Shown: piece by piece, positions 27,973 through 37,063 of the stretch | How positions within the stretch are numbered: position 1 is the stretch's first letter | How the letters are laid out: every line of letters starts with the position of its first letter | Source: a bacterium | GTDB taxonomy: Bacteria; J088; JAWLBW01 | Direction of reading: 5' to 3' | Length of the DNA: 64,000 nucleotides | Assembly (NCBI GenBank): GCA_041690355.1 | Contig: JAWLHK010000004.1 | Span: 1 to 64,000, forward strand | The notes under the pieces: model-generated | Database searches by the model: none | The model's input: only the letters and a program-made list of their open reading frames with translations | Told to the model about the DNA's origin: nothing | Made by a program: the position numbers and the translations under genes

Positions 27973-28229
27973 TTCCAGAGTTCCGGATCAATTCTTCGCT
28001 GGGCCGCAACTTCCCGCTCTATCTGCCCGGCCTCTGCCGCATCGATCGAACCGACGAGAAACGAAAGGTCGCGCCTCGATGTCCGGGGAGCCCCCGTGGC
28101 CGCCGCAAGCGCATCGACGACGACCTGATTGAAGCTCTTTCCGGTGCGCCTCGCCTCCCGGCGAAGAACCGCGTCGACCTGGTCGGGAATGTTTCGGATC
28201 GTATATTGGCGATCTGTATTCGCTGGCAT
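27969..28229 (-). CDS. RHH (FitA-like) antitoxin
   Basis: YTIRNIPDQVDAVLRREA...SFNQVVVDAL; ATGA overlap with vapC. Confidence 0.82.
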   Translation of the reverse strand: MPANTDRQYTIRNIPDQVDAVLRREARRTGKSFNQVVVDALAAATGAPRTSRRDLSFLVGSIDAAEAGQIEREVAAQRRIDPELWK

Positions 28230-28342
28230 GTATACATTGTATTCGCCCACGCATGCACACGCAAGTGCCGAGCTTCTCACAATGCAGATGGCCGATGCAC
28301 AGCCGGTCATGCCGTGACAGGGCGGTTCTGCCGCCAGACTCT

Positions 28343-28372
28343 TTGGCATATTCAGCGCGCCTTGCCTATAAT
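28343..28372 (+). promoter_or_regulatory. Sigma70-like promoter
   Basis: TTGGCA-18-TATAAT. Confidence 0.55.
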
Positions 28373-28491
28373 ATGGGCGCTAGCCCGGCAGGCGACTTTT
28401 CCCGACCTGCCGGAGCCTGCTGCTACGCAGCACATTCACTCGGCAACACATATACTGGCGCATTGCCTCATTCAAGGAGTTACCCCGAACC

Positions 28492-29325
28492 ATGAACCGC
28501 CTCGACGTAAACGGGACCTTTCTCGCTTATACAACGGTTGGAACGGGTCGGCCGGCCCTGGTGATGCATGGAGGCCTCGGCCTGGACCACAGTGTCATGC
28601 GAGCCCTGGATATCCTCAGTGATACCTATTCGCTCACGTATTATGACCATCGTGGGAATGGACGCTCGGGAAGACCGCCGCTCGAAACGATAACCTTCGA
28701 GTCGCTCGCCGCCGACGCAGACAAGCTTCGCCAAGCACTCGGACACGAGAAAGTAACCCTGATCGGCTCTTCCTTTGGGGGTGCCGTGGCGTTACAGTAT
28801 GCGCTTCAGTATCCGGAGCGCGTCGACGGCCTTATCCTGATCGGCGCGGTCGCCAGGAATTCCGGCGAGGTCATTGCCGGCGACCTGGTCGCCAGAGGCG
28901 TCGCTCCCGCGGCACTGGAGCCGATCAGCGACGCGGACTGCACCGATGAGCAGATTCGCGAAACGTACCGGGCCGTGTTTCCCGCCTTTCTCCACGCCGC
29001 CACGTCCGAGCACGTCGACAGGCTGATCGGGGCCACGATTTTCTCTGCGAAGGCGTGCCAGCGATCGTTTGCCTTGTTTGAGACGTATGACCTTCGCACG
29101 AGCGTGCAGAAAATCAGGGCGCCTGCGTTGGTGATCACAGGCGCGAGCGAGCTGCCCGGAAACCATCGCGGCAGTTCCTGGCTTGCAGAAGCGCTCCCCA
29201 ATGCCACCGGAGTTGAACTCGAATCGGCGGGGCACCTCGCTTTCATCGACCAACCCGAGCGTCTTCGCGAAGCCGTCCTGCAATGGCTGCACGACTTGGA
29301 TGCCAGGCGTCCACTCCAAGGTTGA
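28492..29325 (+). CDS. Alpha/beta hydrolase (proline iminopeptidase-like fold)
   Basis: HGGLG, YDHRGNGRS, GSSFGG, AGHL; AAGGAG RBS. Confidence 0.9.
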   Translation: MNRLDVNGTFLAYTTVGTGRPALVMHGGLGLDHSVMRALDILSDTYSLTYYDHRGNGRSGRPPLETITFESLAADADKLRQALGHEKVTLIGSSFGGAVALQYALQYPERVDGLILIGAVARNSGEVIAGDLVARGVAPAALEPISDADCTDEQIRETYRAVFPAFLHAATSEHVDRLIGATIFSAKACQRSFALFETYDLRTSVQKIRAPALVITGASELPGNHRGSSWLAEALPNATGVELESAGHLAFIDQPERLREAVLQWLHDLDARRPLQG

Positions 29326-29328
29326 CCG

Positions 29329-30066
29329 GTGGCAAAAAAAGCAGTTGTAACCGGGTCCCAGATTGCCAGGCGCCTCCAGGCCTTTGCAGCAAGGCCGGCA
29401 CCGGCTCTATCGCGGCAGACACTCGAGGTAGAGCAGGAACTGCTCAGCATCTGGCGTGAGAATTCCTACACCGACAGGGGAATCTTCACGCCGCCGCAGA
29501 TCGAGGCGATCTGCCAATCGCTGGCGGCGAAACAGAACTCGACGCCCGAGCCACAAGCTGACTTCGCCGAGCGCGTCTTTGAAGCTCTGCCGAACCCGAC
29601 CTTGATTTTTCAGGACGGCAAATCGACCTGGAACCGTTCGTTCGCTGAGCGCCTGCAACGCGATGAAACCTGGCAGCGCGGATTTCCGATCGCAGAACAG
29701 GTCTCGGTGGTGCGCCAGCTCCACTCCATCGTCGAAAAAGCCAGGGACCTCGGCGTAAACGTCATCTTTGTCTCTCTCGCCGGCGCCGTCATGCGGATGC
29801 AGATCGTTTCCCTTCCCGAAGCGAGGCTGGATATCGCTTATCTGCACACGGTCGGGGAGTCCATTCAGGGTATCGCTCCGATCACCAACGCCGTCCTTCT
29901 CTTTCAACTGAGCGGCCTCTCTCACAAGCAGATTGCCGCCGTGATGGACATCCCGATCACGACGATCCAGGCTGTCTCCAAAAAGAACCGGCAAACGCTC
30001 CAGGCCCTTCGCGCCCTCCTGATTTCGCCCGAGACGGGGCTCCTATGCCGAGAACAACCCCGTTAA
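29329..30066 (+). CDS. PAS-like plus C-terminal HTH protein (partner A1)
   Basis: ERVFEALPNP...TWNRSFAE...LSGLSHKQIAAVM; homologous to 34191-34952. Confidence 0.65.
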   Translation: MAKKAVVTGSQIARRLQAFAARPAPALSRQTLEVEQELLSIWRENSYTDRGIFTPPQIEAICQSLAAKQNSTPEPQADFAERVFEALPNPTLIFQDGKSTWNRSFAERLQRDETWQRGFPIAEQVSVVRQLHSIVEKARDLGVNVIFVSLAGAVMRMQIVSLPEARLDIAYLHTVGESIQGIAPITNAVLLFQLSGLSHKQIAAVMDIPITTIQAVSKKNRQTLQALRALLISPETGLLCREQPR

Positions 30067-31085
30067 GCGCTGACGAAATCGTGGCTGCGTCCGTCCGCAT
30101 CCGTACAGCAACGGATTTGCCCTCGTTCAACCTGGCGATTCGTGATGTGTACCTTTCGGTGTTTCAGCCGCAGATGACGTTTTTCTATCATTTTTTCGAC
30201 GGCTGTCTGAACGTGCCTCAAGAGTCTCTGCATGGCATGGTTCCCGGACCCGCAGAGCTGGAAACATTTCTGCTTGAAACGCGAAGTTACGACCCCGATG
30301 ACGTGAAGCGGCGCGGCCGGTTGGTGCATCACTCCTCTGAAATCTACCGCTGGTATGAAGATCGGCCCGAGATGATCCAGCGCTCCTATGAGCATTCGTT
30401 CGCAGAGTGGGGTTGCGATTGGATGTTGAGCATCCATTTCTTCGAAGGAGACGTGTTTCTGGGATGCGCGGGGATGGCGCAAAGCTGGGATGCCGGTGAC
30501 TTCACGGATTATGACATCCAGGCCCTCGAAGTCCTGCACCCCTTTCTGCAAGAGACCTTTCTGGAATGTTGCCGGAACAGCAGGCAGCGGATTTTCGGGA
30601 GGGCGATGGCGCAGGCCATTGAGTATCATCCGAGCGCCCTTTTCCTTTTCCACGGCGATCGTGTCTTCTACAGCAATGCTGCGGCGCGCACGCTGCTGCA
30701 ACGTGAAGTGGAAGCCGGGCAATCGCGCCTCCCCATGGCCGGGGGTTCCAGAACCATCGCGGGCCTTCGAAAATGGATGGCCGGTGAAGACGTTTCGCTG
30801 GGCGGGATTTCGCGGATCGAACAGGTCGATTTGAAGGGCTGGCCCGCATTGGGCATGGACGATGTGCGCCTGGTCGTAGCTGATCGGCGAGACTCGCCGC
30901 TGATTCGCTTATCCGAACGGGAAACGAGGATCCTCCAGACCGTCGCCACCCACGAGACGCAAGTGGCCGCCGCGCAGCTTGGCATATCGGTCCATACGCT
31001 TCGCACCCATATGCGCAATATCTATCGCAAGCTTGACGTCTCCGGACTCAATGAGGCCGTCGCAATGGCATACCTTGCCGGCTAG
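30045..31085 (+). CDS. LuxR-type HTH regulator with GAF/PAS-like sensor (B1)
   Basis: LSERETRIL...LGISVHTLRTHMRNIYRKLDV; MPRTT start shared with B2 and B3. Confidence 0.85.
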   Translation: MPRTTPLSADEIVAASVRIRTATDLPSFNLAIRDVYLSVFQPQMTFFYHFFDGCLNVPQESLHGMVPGPAELETFLLETRSYDPDDVKRRGRLVHHSSEIYRWYEDRPEMIQRSYEHSFAEWGCDWMLSIHFFEGDVFLGCAGMAQSWDAGDFTDYDIQALEVLHPFLQETFLECCRNSRQRIFGRAMAQAIEYHPSALFLFHGDRVFYSNAAARTLLQREVEAGQSRLPMAGGSRTIAGLRKWMAGEDVSLGGISRIEQVDLKGWPALGMDDVRLVVADRRDSPLIRLSERETRILQTVATHETQVAAAQLGISVHTLRTHMRNIYRKLDVSGLNEAVAMAYLAG

Positions 31086-31118
31086 ACCCGGCCTCGGCAA
31101 TGCCCAACCGCCTTCGGC

Positions 31119-31490
31119 AAAGCGCCAAGTGCTGAGCGCCGAACAGGCAAGCATGGGGGTTTGAAGGTCTTGCCGGCATTCGTCATTCGTCACTCGTAAC
31201 TTGTCACTTGGACAAGCGCCAAGCGCCAAGCGCCAAGCGCTGAGCGCCGAACAGGCAAGGACATGCGGGCTGGTGTTCTTCCGCGCTTCTCACTCATCCA
31301 GATCGGTCCTGGATCGTCAATCGAATGGCGCCCCCTCGCTGTCGCGCTCCGCCCTGCTGCGCACAGTCAGCTCGGGACGAACGGGGGAGGGCAAGCGCCA
31401 AGCACCAAGCGCTGAGCACCAAACCGGCAAGGACATGAGGGTTCACGTTCTTGCTTGCATTCGTCACTCGTAACTCGTTACTCGTCACTT
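31119..31490 (+). repeat. Three CAAGCGC-module copies plus one ~90-bp spacer copy
   Basis: (CAAGCGC)n-TGAGCGCCGAACAGGCAAGGACATG at about 31119, 31213 and 31392. Confidence 0.85.
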
Positions 31491-32506
31491 CCACTCAGGT
31501 ACCACAGGGTGAGCGCCGCGTTACTTCCCGAGACCCCGAGCTTGCCGGCGATGTTGCTCAGGTGCGTGCGGTAGGTCGACACGGCGACCCCGGAGGCCTT
31601 CGCGGCGGCATCGGCGGAATCGTTCCCGGCATAGGCGCGCAGGATCGCCGCTTCGCGCTCTGAGAGCGGGAGCTCGACCGGCGCCTCGGGCACAACGGCC
31701 AGCCACGGCTCCTTCAGGTTCAGCTCGGGCCAGACGGGGAGGGATCGGATGTGCGCCTTCTTGCCGAAGGGGAGCAGCGCGGTCCCTTCGGAACGCCCGG
31801 TGATCAGTGCTCCGGGGATGGCTGAAAGTTGCGCAATCGCACCCTCAGTCCCTTCCCGCGGCTCGTCCTGCAGCAGGAGCTTTGCGTTCTGGTTCGCGTA
31901 CACGAGTTTGGCGCCATTGAACAGAAACAGCCCACTCGGGTGGTTCTCGACCAGGGCCGCGAAGTCGCTGCCGAGCAGCTTGGCGCGGGTGTAGCGGGCG
32001 CACTCGAGCATGCCCGCCTGCCAGTGAGGGAGCAGCATCGCGAAGTTGGTCAATTCAGCCTGGGTGAAGTCGCCGTCGGCCAGTGCCCGGGCGGCACCGG
32101 CGGTGCCCAGAAAGAAATCCCCTTCGAACACCCAGCCGCCGATCATGAACTCGGCGCCCTGAAAGAACGCAAGCAGCTCTTCCATGTCCTTCTGGGGGTA
32201 CTGATCGGCATAGACGGCGCTATGCGTCCATTTGGGTTCAGCGGCATGCCACTCCTTCGGCCGGTAGAACTTGGTCTTCCTGAACAACGCAAGCAAGTCA
32301 GCGAGGAACGTGGGCGAAGAGACAGGGTGCGTCGGGAAGTGGATATGCCCGTCATAGAAGTGATAGCAGTACACGAAACTAACCCTGTAGATCTTCTCGA
32401 TCAGGGCGTGCACATCGCGGCAGTACTCGTCCAGCTCGCGTACCCGACGCAGCTCGACGGAAAGCTCGGCCAGTTCTTCGGGTGAAAATACGGTGGTGCG
32501 GGGCAT
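31478..32506 (-). CDS. LuxR-type HTH regulator (B2)
   Basis: LSEREAAIL...SGVAVSTYRTHLSNIAGKLGV; GAGGA RBS. Confidence 0.85.
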   Translation of the reverse strand: MPRTTVFSPEELAELSVELRRVRELDEYCRDVHALIEKIYRVSFVYCYHFYDGHIHFPTHPVSSPTFLADLLALFRKTKFYRPKEWHAAEPKWTHSAVYADQYPQKDMEELLAFFQGAEFMIGGWVFEGDFFLGTAGAARALADGDFTQAELTNFAMLLPHWQAGMLECARYTRAKLLGSDFAALVENHPSGLFLFNGAKLVYANQNAKLLLQDEPREGTEGAIAQLSAIPGALITGRSEGTALLPFGKKAHIRSLPVWPELNLKEPWLAVVPEAPVELPLSEREAAILRAYAGNDSADAAAKASGVAVSTYRTHLSNIAGKLGVSGSNAALTLWYLSGSDE

Positions 32507-32805
32507 TTATCCTCTGAGGTCAATCAGGCGAGGGGCAAGCGCCAAGCGCCAAGCGCCAAGCGCTGAGCGCCGAAAAGGCAAGGACATGGGGGTTTGAAGG
32601 TCTTGCCGGCGTTCGTCATTCGTCCATATCCCAAATGGTGAGTCGATCGTCCATCGAATGGCGCCCCCTCGCTGTCGAACTCCGCTCTGCTTCGTTCCGT
32701 CAGCTCGGGACGAACGGGGGGCGGGGGGCAAGCGCCGAGCGCCAAGCGCTGAGCGCTGACAGGCAAGGACATGAGGGTTCACGTTCTTTCCGGCATTCGT
32801 CACTC
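32507..32805 (+). repeat. ~300-bp module-spacer-module block, near-identical to 33862-34170
   Basis: Direct comparison of the two blocks. Confidence 0.9.
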
Positions 32806-33861
32806 TTGTCTGGCCGACGTCCGACGTCCGGCGTCCGATGACCCACTCAGGTACCACAGGGTGAGCGCCGCGTTACTCCCCGAGACCCCCAGCTTACCGG
32901 CGATGTTGCTCAGGTGCGTGCGGTAGGTCGACACGGCGACCCCGGAGGCCTTCGCGGCCGCATCGGCGGAATCGCCCCCGGCATAGGCGCGCAGGATCGC
33001 GGACTCGCGCTCCGAGAGCGGGAGCTCGACCGGCGCCTCGGGCACAACGGCCAGCCATGGTTCCTTCAGGTTCAGCTCTGGCCAGGCGGGGAGGGATCGG
33101 ATATGCGCCTGTTTTCCAAAAGGGAGCAGCGCGGCCCCGTCGGGACGGCGGGCGATCAGGGTCTGGGGAATTTCCGACAACTCGGCAATCCCCAGCTCGG
33201 TCCCTTTCCGGGGCTCCTCCTGCATCAGCGTCTTCGCCGCGTTGTTGGCATAGACCATGCGGTTGCCGTCGAAGAGGAACATGCCGCTCGGATGATTCTC
33301 CACCAGCGCGGCGAAGTCGCCCCCGAGCCGTTGGGCCCGCGTGTATCGGGCACTTTCGGTGATTCCCTCACGCCAGAAGGGGACGAGTATCTTGAAATTC
33401 AGGAACTCGACGTCCGTGTAGTCGCTCTCTTCAATGCTGCGCAACAGGACAATGAAGCCGAGCAGAAAGCGCCCCTCGAACGCCCAGGTACCGAGCTGCA
33501 GCTCCAAGCCCTTGAAAAACTCAAGAAGCTCGCTCATCGGGTTGGCGAGATGGGGAAACTGCTCCGCATAGATGGCGCTATGCGAGAATTCCATCCCGGT
33601 TTCATACCACGCCCGGGTCTGCGCAAATGGGTGATCCCGGAGCATGGCCGGGTAGCCGGCCTTCACCTTGTCGGGGAACACGGTGAGATTGAGATGGCCG
33701 TCGTAGAAGTGGTAGCTGCAGATACCCTCATTAGGATGGCCAAAGGCTTCGCGGTAGACATCGCGTACATGCCGACAGTAGTCATCGATCTCTCTCACTT
33801 CCCGCAGCGCGACGGAAAGCTCGGCCAGTTCTTCGGGTGAGAATACGGTGGTGCGGGGCAT
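32800..33861 (-). CDS. LuxR-type HTH regulator (B3), tandem paralog of B2
   Basis: First 17 aa identical and C-terminal ~90 aa almost identical to B2. Confidence 0.85.
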   Translation of the reverse strand: MPRTTVFSPEELAELSVALREVREIDDYCRHVRDVYREAFGHPNEGICSYHFYDGHLNLTVFPDKVKAGYPAMLRDHPFAQTRAWYETGMEFSHSAIYAEQFPHLANPMSELLEFFKGLELQLGTWAFEGRFLLGFIVLLRSIEESDYTDVEFLNFKILVPFWREGITESARYTRAQRLGGDFAALVENHPSGMFLFDGNRMVYANNAAKTLMQEEPRKGTELGIAELSEIPQTLIARRPDGAALLPFGKQAHIRSLPAWPELNLKEPWLAVVPEAPVELPLSERESAILRAYAGGDSADAAAKASGVAVSTYRTHLSNIAGKLGVSGSNAALTLWYLSGSSDAGRRTSARQE

Positions 33862-34225
33862 TTATCCTCTGAAGTCAATCAAGCGAGTGGCGAGCGAACG
33901 GGAGAAGCAAGCGCCAAGCGCCAAGCGCTGAGCGCCGAAAAGGCAAGGACATGGGGGTTTGAAGGTCTTGCCGGCGTTCGTCATTCGTCCATATCCCAAA
34001 TGGTGAGTCGATCGTCCATCGAATGGCGCCCCCTCGCTGTCGAACTCCGCTCTGCTTCGTTCCGTCAGCTCGGGACGAACGGGGGAGAACAAGCGCCAAG
34101 CGCCGAGCGCTGAGCGCCGAAAAGGCAAGGGCATGAGGGTTGACGTTCTTACCGCCTTTCATCACTCGTCTCTCGTACTCGCCCCAATCGTCAATCGTCA
34201 ATCGTAATTTGTAAATTCAGTTCAC
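33862..34225 (+). repeat. Second ~300-bp block followed by a (CAATCGT)n tract
   Basis: Direct comparison with 32507-32805. Confidence 0.9.
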
Positions 34226-34952
34226 TCGTAACTTGGTTGGCCATCTGCGCCTTGAGCGCCTGAAGATCCTTGCGGAACCGCTTGGCCCAGCCATCTACCT
34301 GATCCTTGGTCGCGCCGAGAAGGGGGGCAATCTGCTTGGCGGCCATCCCGCTCAGGCGTGCGCAGAGCAGAAAGCGGATGCGGTGCGGCAGGGCCGGCGG
34401 CTGCAGCGCGGTGGGAAAGAAGTAGGCGAGCGACAACCCTTCGTCTTCAAGGCGCACGAGACGCAGCGAAAAGATCCGGCGTCCGAGCGGATAGAGCAGC
34501 GCGGGCAGTTCGACCGTCAGCAGACCCTGAAGTATCCGTTCCAGAGGTGCGAGTTCTTCGCGAATGAGCGAATGTGGATCCGCTTCGTGGGCAAACTCGT
34601 TCGCAAACGCCACGTTCCAGGTATAGCCGCGCGCAGACAAAGCGACCGCCGGCTCGGGAATGACGTGGGCCAGCCGCTCCATGAGCGCCGAGCTTTCGCG
34701 GGTCTCCAGCTTTTGCCGATTGGCCTCGAGCGTCTCGCGGATGCGCGCGACCAGGGCCGGCGCCGCTTGAAGCATACAGCCCGGATCGTCACGCAGCGCC
34801 GCCCAGAGCGCCGTAAGCTCTTCGGCATAGGCGGGGACGGGGGCCGCGGAGGCGTGTTTGATGGCCGGCGCACGGGCAAGCAGAAGCTCCCGCGCCGACG
34901 ATGGCCGGTTCCCGGATGACAAAAACGAACCCTCCCTCAAGGGTGCGGACAT
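34191..34952 (-). CDS. PAS-like plus HTH protein (partner A2); start uncertain
   Basis: ERLAHVIPEP...TWNVAFAN...LSGMAAKQIA...LQALKA. Confidence 0.65.
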   Translation of the reverse strand: MSAPLREGSFLSSGNRPSSARELLLARAPAIKHASAAPVPAYAEELTALWAALRDDPGCMLQAAPALVARIRETLEANRQKLETRESSALMERLAHVIPEPAVALSARGYTWNVAFANEFAHEADPHSLIREELAPLERILQGLLTVELPALLYPLGRRIFSLRLVRLEDEGLSLAYFFPTALQPPALPHRIRFLLCARLSGMAAKQIAPLLGATKDQVDGWAKRFRKDLQALKAQMANQVTSELNLQITIDD

Positions 34953-35049
34953 AAGCATAGCAGCCTGGCAGCGATAGTTCACGGACATCGGACCTATACC
35001 GCCCCTCGGGGAATGCATACTGGGCGATGCACACCCATTCATGTCCCCC

Positions 35050-35097
35050 CATATCCATTTTTGGGTATGGCCGAACATGGGGTCGTACTGGTAACCT
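35050..35097 (+). promoter_or_regulatory. Palindromic box copy 4 plus extended -10
   Basis: CATATCCATTTTTGGGTATG (35050-35069), 22 nt, TAACCT preceded by TGn. Confidence 0.7.
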
Positions 35098-35150
35098 GTC
35101 GCCCATCGTCGAAACGGCGACACACTCGGAGAAAAGGAACTACACGGCCG

Positions 35151-36266
35151 ATGCGCCCTGATGATGATGCCTGGCTCGACGTCGTCGACCGGTTTCAGGC
35201 CGCCCCTCTCACCCCGGGCGGCTGGTACGAAGCCCTGGCCGCCCTCGCCGCCGTGACCGGTTCCCGCAGCGGGCAGCTGGTGGGCATGGGGGCGCCGCGC
35301 GCCGTCCCGTTCAATTGGGTAACGGGGGTGAGCGCCGAGTGGGGTGAGGAATTCGTCGCCTCGGGGGGCGGCGACCCGCTGCGCAACCCGCTCGTGCGGG
35401 CGGCGGGCGCAACCGGCGTCCTGAACGTGCTGGCGACAGACGAGATCATCGCGCCGCGCGACCGGAAACGGAATGAATTTCTACAGTGGCACGAACGGCG
35501 CCACGATTTTGCCCACATCTGCCTGACCCCGCTCGTGAAAGAGCCCGACATCCACGTCGGCCTCGCCGTCATGCGCTCGGGGAGCCAGGGAGAGATTGAC
35601 CCGCATCAGAGGACCATGTTTGCATCCCTCTCCACCCATGCCCGCGCCGCCGTGCGCACCCAGATTGCCCTCGAGAACCAGGGCGCGCTGCTCATCGCCG
35701 GCGCCATGGAGGCGCTTTCGCTGCCGGTCTTCGTCTGCGACCGCAGCGGAGTCGTGCGCTCGCTGACCCCGCAGGCCGAAACCTTCGTGCGCGCGGGAGG
35801 GGCGCTTCGCCTGCGCAACGGACGCCTTTCGACCGCAGATTCGCTTTCGACCAAGGCGCTGAGCGAGGCCATTCGCGCCGCTGCGAATGGATACAATAGG
35901 CCGGGCGCGCCGGTGGCGCGGGCCGTCCTGGTGGCCGATGAGCCGGGAAAACCTCTGATCGCCGAAGTCTCGCCGCTGCCGCCCCGCGACTACTCTTTCG
36001 GCTTCGAGCCGCGCGCCCTCGTCATCCTGCGCGGTCTGCAGCCCGACCCCGACCGGATCCGCACGCTGCTGCAATCGATGTACCGCCTCACCGCCGCCGA
36101 AAGCGACGTCGCCCTGCGTCTTGCCGAGGGCGAGGCCCCCGAAGCGATCGCCGCGGCCCGCGGGGTTTCGCTGGGGACGATCCGCGTCCAGATCCGCGCG
36201 CTCTTCTCGAAGTTGGGGGTGCGCCGCATCCACGAGCTGACGGCGCGACTGAATCTGCTGCGTTGA
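35151..36266 (+). CDS. LuxR-type HTH regulator (GAF-PAS-HTH), different subfamily from B1-B3
   Basis: YRLTAAESDVALRLAEG...RGVSLGTIRVQIRALFSKLGV. Confidence 0.88.
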   Translation: MRPDDDAWLDVVDRFQAAPLTPGGWYEALAALAAVTGSRSGQLVGMGAPRAVPFNWVTGVSAEWGEEFVASGGGDPLRNPLVRAAGATGVLNVLATDEIIAPRDRKRNEFLQWHERRHDFAHICLTPLVKEPDIHVGLAVMRSGSQGEIDPHQRTMFASLSTHARAAVRTQIALENQGALLIAGAMEALSLPVFVCDRSGVVRSLTPQAETFVRAGGALRLRNGRLSTADSLSTKALSEAIRAAANGYNRPGAPVARAVLVADEPGKPLIAEVSPLPPRDYSFGFEPRALVILRGLQPDPDRIRTLLQSMYRLTAAESDVALRLAEGEAPEAIAAARGVSLGTIRVQIRALFSKLGVRRIHELTARLNLLR

Positions 36267-36308
36267 GCCCCACGAGGCGACCTGACGCACAACTCGCAGC
36301 CCGGACCT

Positions 36309-36839
36309 TCATCCGCCGGACCCTGGCCGGGTGACCCCTTTCAGACTCGAGCGCCGATTCTCCGGAGCACGGGGGATGACGCTGAAGGAACCGTCGGTCT
36401 CCAGTACGACGGCGCCCACCGCCCCTAGGTCTGCCGTTCCGGCCCCGCGGACGGCCGCGCGCACCTCGTCGGCGGTTACCCTGGTCTTACGCATCGCAGC
36501 CTCGAGAAATTCCCCTTGATATACGAGGAGGGCCGGTTCGCCCGTCACGGCCCTGCGGACCCACGGGACGCGAACGCTGCTCCACGTGACCGCGAACTGC
36601 ATGCCGATCAGCAGCGCGAACACCAGGGCTCCTTCGGCCACGGTCACGTCCTTGCTCAGAATGACGGTAGCGAGGGTCGACCCCAGCGCCACGGTGACGA
36701 CGAGATCGAATGCGTTCATCTTCGAGAGCGTTCGGCGTCCGGAGATACGCAGAAAGAACACGAGGGCCGCGTAGGCGAACACCGCCTGAATGGCGGCGCG
36801 CAGCAGGGCGAAGAGATCGTCGAAGAAAATCGGCGGCAT
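36309..36839 (-). CDS. DUF421 (YetF-like) membrane protein
   Basis: SGRRTLSKMNAFDLVVTVALGS...VVLETDGSFSVI. Confidence 0.88.
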   Translation of the reverse strand: MPPIFFDDLFALLRAAIQAVFAYAALVFFLRISGRRTLSKMNAFDLVVTVALGSTLATVILSKDVTVAEGALVFALLIGMQFAVTWSSVRVPWVRRAVTGEPALLVYQGEFLEAAMRKTRVTADEVRAAVRGAGTADLGAVGAVVLETDGSFSVIPRAPENRRSSLKGVTRPGSGG

Positions 36840-37063
36840 GGCGATGGGCGGTCCCGGCGCACCGAGGGAAGGCGGAATTCTGCCGGACTCACCCGCATTA
36901 TCATTCCCCACTCGCTGTCTGCCTAGAGGGTGCGGATATTAATCTCCGCGGTGCAAGGTATTGACGCGGGCTGTCGTGCGGTCGCCGCCTGCCCCACGCG
37001 CGCTCGCGGCCAGGGAATCCGCTCTCGCCTCTCCGACGGATCCGCGCAGAATGGCAGACGGAG

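Noticed and set aside
18400-28300. Integron cassette array (co-oriented ORFs plus TA modules)
   Set aside because: No integrase and no recurring attC-like RYYYAAC...GTTRRRY structures; several genes abut or overlap
28283-28312. Similarity to 35013-35043 (GGnCGATGCACAnCC..TCATG) and a TGCAGATG half-box
   Set aside because: Short, only a half-site, no matching -10 spacing; may be chance
31478-33861. Diversity-generating retroelement
   Set aside because: No reverse transcriptase in the window; the differences include indels and are not adenine-specific
31119-34170. CRISPR array
   Set aside because: Irregular spacing, the intervening sequences are themselves repeated or are whole genes, and no cas genes are present
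29329-36266. Classical AHL quorum-sensing locus
   Set aside because: No luxI; the proteins are ~340-370 aa with extra PAS-like regions, and I do not see the AHL-binding W/Y/DP signature
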